Shown: one piece after another, positions 59,661 through 64,000 of the stretch
How positions within the stretch are numbered: the first letter of the stretch is position 1
Layout: every line of letters starts with the position of its first letter
NCBI GenBank assembly: GCA_002269645.1
Contig: NIVC01001446.1
Span: 186,001-250,000, forward strand
Direction of reading: 5' to 3'
DNA length: 64,000 bases
DNA from: Macrostomum lignano
Taxonomy: Eukaryota
The notes under the pieces: model-generated
Databases searched by the model: none
What the model was told of the DNA's origin: nothing
The model's input: only the letters and a program-made list of their open reading frames with translations
Translations under genes and position numbers: made by a program

Positions 59661-61984
59661 CTAGGATATCAACACAGAGGCAAAACTGAATTAATTGATG
59701 TCTCTTCACAGGATTTAACGTTTAGAACGTTTATTATAGGGTTCAACGTTTAAGCAGCACTAACAGTAAAGATGTTATCGATGATATATAAATATCTGCT
59801 GTTTTTACATTTAAATTTTATAAGAAGCCGCTCAATAAAGTTAACAAATAATCTAGAGACTAACCTTTATTTTGCAATTTAAATCTATTGTGGGGAAATT
59901 TTCAGTCTAAAAGTACATGTAAATACATATTTTACAGCTTAAAAAGTAGTTCGTTCCGTACCATTACGAGTATTATTAGCGTATGTGCGTAAATTACTAA
60001 ATTAAACACCCCTTTTGAGCAGATTACATAGAAAAGAAAATGTATAAATGACCCAATGAACGGCCGAACATTTAAATTTTTCCTTGAACTTATCAGTCGA
60101 AGGTAGTTAATGTGGGCTGTCACGTGCACTGTACATGTGACCCTGTCAAGTACACGTGAAGTCTTACATAGGGAATCCTTTTAATTCAATTGGTCGAAAA
60201 GTCCCACAAGACAGTAAATTAGTGAATAAATCCAGCTGATGGATACATCAAATTAAAGTTCGAGGAACAGAGTTGGTGGTACTCATGACTAGCGAAACTG
60301 AAATGCTAGAATTTGCGGTAACAAATTCGCCCTTGCCCTTGAAGCCAAATGCGATACGACAGGTTCATTCCGTATTTTAAGTGACGATGTTATATTAGTT
60401 AAATGGAAAAGCGATCAAGATTGTGCCATTCCTTTCTGATACATGTATTTTGTAGTACATAATATCGTCCTTACATACAACAAAGCGCGGCGTGTCGCAT
60501 CGAATAGTTAAATAGTTTTTGCAATAGTAAAAAACTGTTAACTCGTACTATAAGTAAGATAATGCAACAGAAAGCGCCGGCAAAACTCACGGAGGAAAAA
60601 AACTTTCTAGTAAAAAAGGAAAACCAGTTTGACCAATTCTGCTATTATTGCAGATACAGCTATAATCGCCTACTAAAAAGTAACTAGAGGCCACAACGTT
60701 GATTTAACGCACTAAAAAGATTAACAAAATAGACATACCATATTTATACCTTATTTATAATTCTACATCTTTTGTGGCTGCTATACAATACAACACAAGA
60801 AAGCCAACAGAATTTCCAAACTAGGAATCATATTCATATCGGAGTGGAGTACAAGAATTACTTGTAGGGGGGGGGGGCGGGAGCGGTAAAGTAAAATGAC
60901 GATGGAGCTTCAGTCAGTTTCGACTCGACGCCTTATAAGTTAACAACGTGGTTGCAAATATATATATTTACAATGCAGAAATTGGTCAAGGAAATTGATT
61001 TGAAACGCAACAATTTGCAAACCTAAAAACAAGTGGAACAACACTAAACAATGCAAAATTGTATGTTCTCAAAAAGTTCACATAGCTGTGATTGCTCATC
61101 TGTAGCTGGCGCTATCAAAATACAGTGCAATCAGCATACTTAATCGATTTTTTAAAGGAAAGCAACTTCAGGCCTCGCTCGGATCTGATTGGCTGGCAGC
61201 TGCCGTTATTGAGGCTTGAAAACATTCAACATTTAATCGATATTTTCCTACCCTTTCAAGAGCAACAACCTCACGCCTTGCTCGAATCTGATTGGCTGGC
61301 AGATGGCGGAGCTGATGAAAGCTCACAATTTCTAATTCCCGCGCTCTTCAGCCAGTCTAGCAGATGCTAGTGTAACTCAGACGCCGTCTTTTTCTAACAT
61401 GCGAAACTGAAACACATAATTAACGAAAGAAGGAGCGCAGGACAGAAAATTTCTTAGGCAAAACAATGAAGAAGTAAGAGTAAAAATAAAAAAAGCAACC
61501 GCAAAAAATATACCGCTTGGGCAATTACAATAATACATTGAAAAGTAAAGCTAGGAACGGAAGCAATACACTGATACTAGCCACTAAAATACATATGCTA
61601 CAAGTACTTTCTATCATAATGAAATTCGTACTAAGTGCACAGAAGGCAATGGGATTGCGTGGGTAATGCACTTGCAGCAACGTTTTTGATTGACTTTCAT
61701 ACGAGTAAAGTATAAAAAAGAGGAAATTAATTTACACAGAAATTAAGATACATTTCTTCTGCGCAAAGCAATTAACAGACTTTAACAAAAAGGAAAGACA
61801 GTGTAATATTAGGCAATAGCTACTTTTAATTACTTTAAGACGAGCATACAGTATGACTATACTAGATTAAAACAGTTCAGATTCTATTGCTGCAGATTTG
61901 ACCGAGACTAAAGGGTTTCTGATTTCCACTTGTAAGTGAAATGGAACGCTTCAGATTCATGCCCACAGCCTGATTCTGAGGATA

Positions 61985-62385
61985 GCGCTGGCCCAGCAAC
62001 TGAGGATTTGAGAGGGTATCCCAGCAACTGAGGATTTGGGAGGCTGGCCCAGCAACTGAGGATCTGGGAGGCTGTCCCGGCAACTGAGGAACTGGGGGGC
62101 TGGCCCAGCAACTGAGGAACTGGGAGGCTGGCCCAGCAACTGAGGAACTGGGAGGCTGGCCCAGCAACTGAGGATCTGGGAGGCTGTCCCAGCAACTGAG
62201 GAACTGGGGGGGGGGGGCTGGCCCAGCAACTGAGGATCTGGGAGGCTGGCCCAGCAACTGAGGATCTGGGAGGCTGGCCCAGCAACTGAGGATCTGGGAG
62301 GCTGGCCCAGCAAATGAGGATCTGAGAGGGTCGCCCAGCAACAGGATCGGGGAGGCTGGTCCCGCAACTGAGGATCAGGGTGGAT
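61985..62385. repeat. 28-mer array (GCTGGCCCAGCAACTGAGGATCTGGGAG) downstream of the SLC25 stop
   Basis: direct periodicity. Confidence 0.94.
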
Positions 62386-62520
62386 GACGTTTACATCAAC
62401 TTGATCTCTGTGTGAAAATGCACCCTTAGTAAAGACAGCGAAAGAAACCGGCAACCATGAAAAGATCCCTACAACCAGCCCCTACCCGACCCAAAACCCA
62501 AGGAAACAGTCAACCCGAGG

Positions 62521-62795
62521 CTACGAGGTCCGCCCGAACGGGTGCGCGATGTCAAAGTAATGATTGATTCGCTCGAATGTGGCAAAGCTGATAGCCACCG
62601 AGGGCAGCACCTTGACCAGGTTGGCGCCCATGCCGCGGTAGAATCCAACAATGCCTTCGGCTTGGTACACCGTGGCGGCCAGGCCTCTGACAGTGTTGAG
62701 CTCCGGCCTGCTGAACTGCACCTTGGACTGCATCTTGGTGCGCAGCAAGGCCAGCGGGTAGCAGGCCACGATGCCGATTGAGGAGGCCAGGGCAC
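62521..62795 (-). CDS. Last exon of a mitochondrial carrier, SCaMC/ATP-Mg:Pi type (SLC25A23/24/25-like); upstream exons beyond right edge
   Basis: ttttag|GALASSIGIVACYPLALLRTKMQ...EGIVGFYRGMGANLVKVLPSVAISFATFE; Px[DE]xx[KR]-type signature written YPLAL.RT.MQ as in SCaMC. Confidence 0.85.
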
Positions 62796-62829
62796 CTAAA
62801 ATTTAATTGGGAAATTTATAGACTCAAAA

Positions 62830-64000
62830 AACTCAAATCTCAAAGAATCTCCCAACAAACTCGAATCCTAAAGAATCTCCCAAAAAACTCGAATCCCAAA
62901 GAATCTCCCAACAAACTCGAATCCTAAAGAATCTCCCAAAAAACTCGAATCCTAAAGAATCTCCTCCACAAACTCGAATCCTAAAGAATCTCCTCCACAA
63001 ACTCGAATCCTAAAGAATCTCCTCCACAAACTCGAATCCCAAAGAATCCTTCCACAAACTCGAATCCCAAAGAATCCTTCCACAAACTCGAATCCTAAAG
63101 AATCTCCTTCACAAACTCGAATCCTAAAGAATCTCCTCCACAAACTCGAATCCCAAAGAATCCTTCCACAAACTCGAATCCCAAAGAATCCTTCCACAAA
63201 CTCGAATCCCAAAAGAATCTCCTCACAAACTCGAATCCCAAAGAACCCCCCCCCCCACAAACTCAAATCCCAAAGAATCTCCACCAAACTTGAATCCCAA
63301 AGAATCTCCCCCACAAACTCGAATCCCAAAGAAACTCCCCACAGACTCCAGCAAGGCACCAAAGAATCTCCCCCCAAACTTGAATCCCAAAGAATCACTC
63401 CCACACAACTCGAATCCCAAAGAATCACTCCCACACAACTCGAATCCCAAAGAATCACTCCCACACAACTCGAATCCCAAAGAATCACTCCCACACAACT
63501 CGAATCCCAAAGAATCACTCCCACACAACTCGAATCCCAAAGAATCACTCCCACACAACTCGAATCCCAAAGAATCACTCCCACACAACTCGAATCCCAA
63601 AGAATCACTCCCACACAACTCGAATCCCAAAGAATCACTCCCACACAACTCGAATCCCAAAGAATCACTCCCACACAACTCGAATCCCAAAGAATCACTC
63701 CCACACAACTCGAATCCCAAAGAATCACTCCCACACAACTCGAATCCCAAAGAATCACTCCCACACAACTCGAATCCCAAAGAATCACTCCCACACAACT
63801 CGAATCCCAAAGAATCACTCCCACACAACTCGAATCCCAAAGAATCACTCCCACACAACTCGAATCCCAAAGAATCACTCCCACACAACTCGAATCCCAA
63901 AGAATCACTCCCACACAACTCGAATCCCAAAGAATCACTCCCACACAACTCGAATCCCAAAGAATCTTTCACCACAAACTCGAATCCCAAAGAATCTCCC
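62830..64000. repeat. 30-mer array (ACTCGAATCCCAAAGAATCACTCCCACACA), SLC25 last intron
   Basis: direct periodicity; homogeneous from ~63380. Confidence 0.97.

Overview
Eukaryotic (animal) genomic DNA with GT-AG introns. I see no prokaryotic operons, CRISPR array or rRNA. GC-rich coding exons with poly-Q/A/G tracts, AT-rich spacers and minisatellite-filled introns resemble the flatworm Macrostomum lignano; this is an inference from style only. Nine protein genes were assembled by hand from splice sites and family motifs: PLD1/2-type phospholipase D (-, runs off the left edge), intronless IFT22 (-, X-box in promoter), CAPSL (+, divergent from IFT22), VGAT/SLC32A1 (-), a WTIP/LIMD1/Ajuba LIM protein (-), an intronless orphan class A GPCR (-), mitochondrial IleRS IARS2 (-, with an apparent 5' frameshift and no ATG), PICALM/AP180 (-), and the last exon of an SCaMC-type SLC25 carrier (-, runs off the right edge). 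About one third of the window (~22 kb by my tally) is ~34 mostly unrelated tandem arrays. They sit against coding-exon edges: 19 of 27 introns, and just after 6 of 8 stop codons. There are also two tRNA-derived SINE families (one with a MIR-like CORE), a ~300 bp near-perfect foldback with a one-armed relative, and a ~670 bp inverted-repeat element. Most ORFs in the track are repeat or antisense artefacts. I cannot demonstrate a new biological system. The best candidate is the exon-edge minisatellite pattern.
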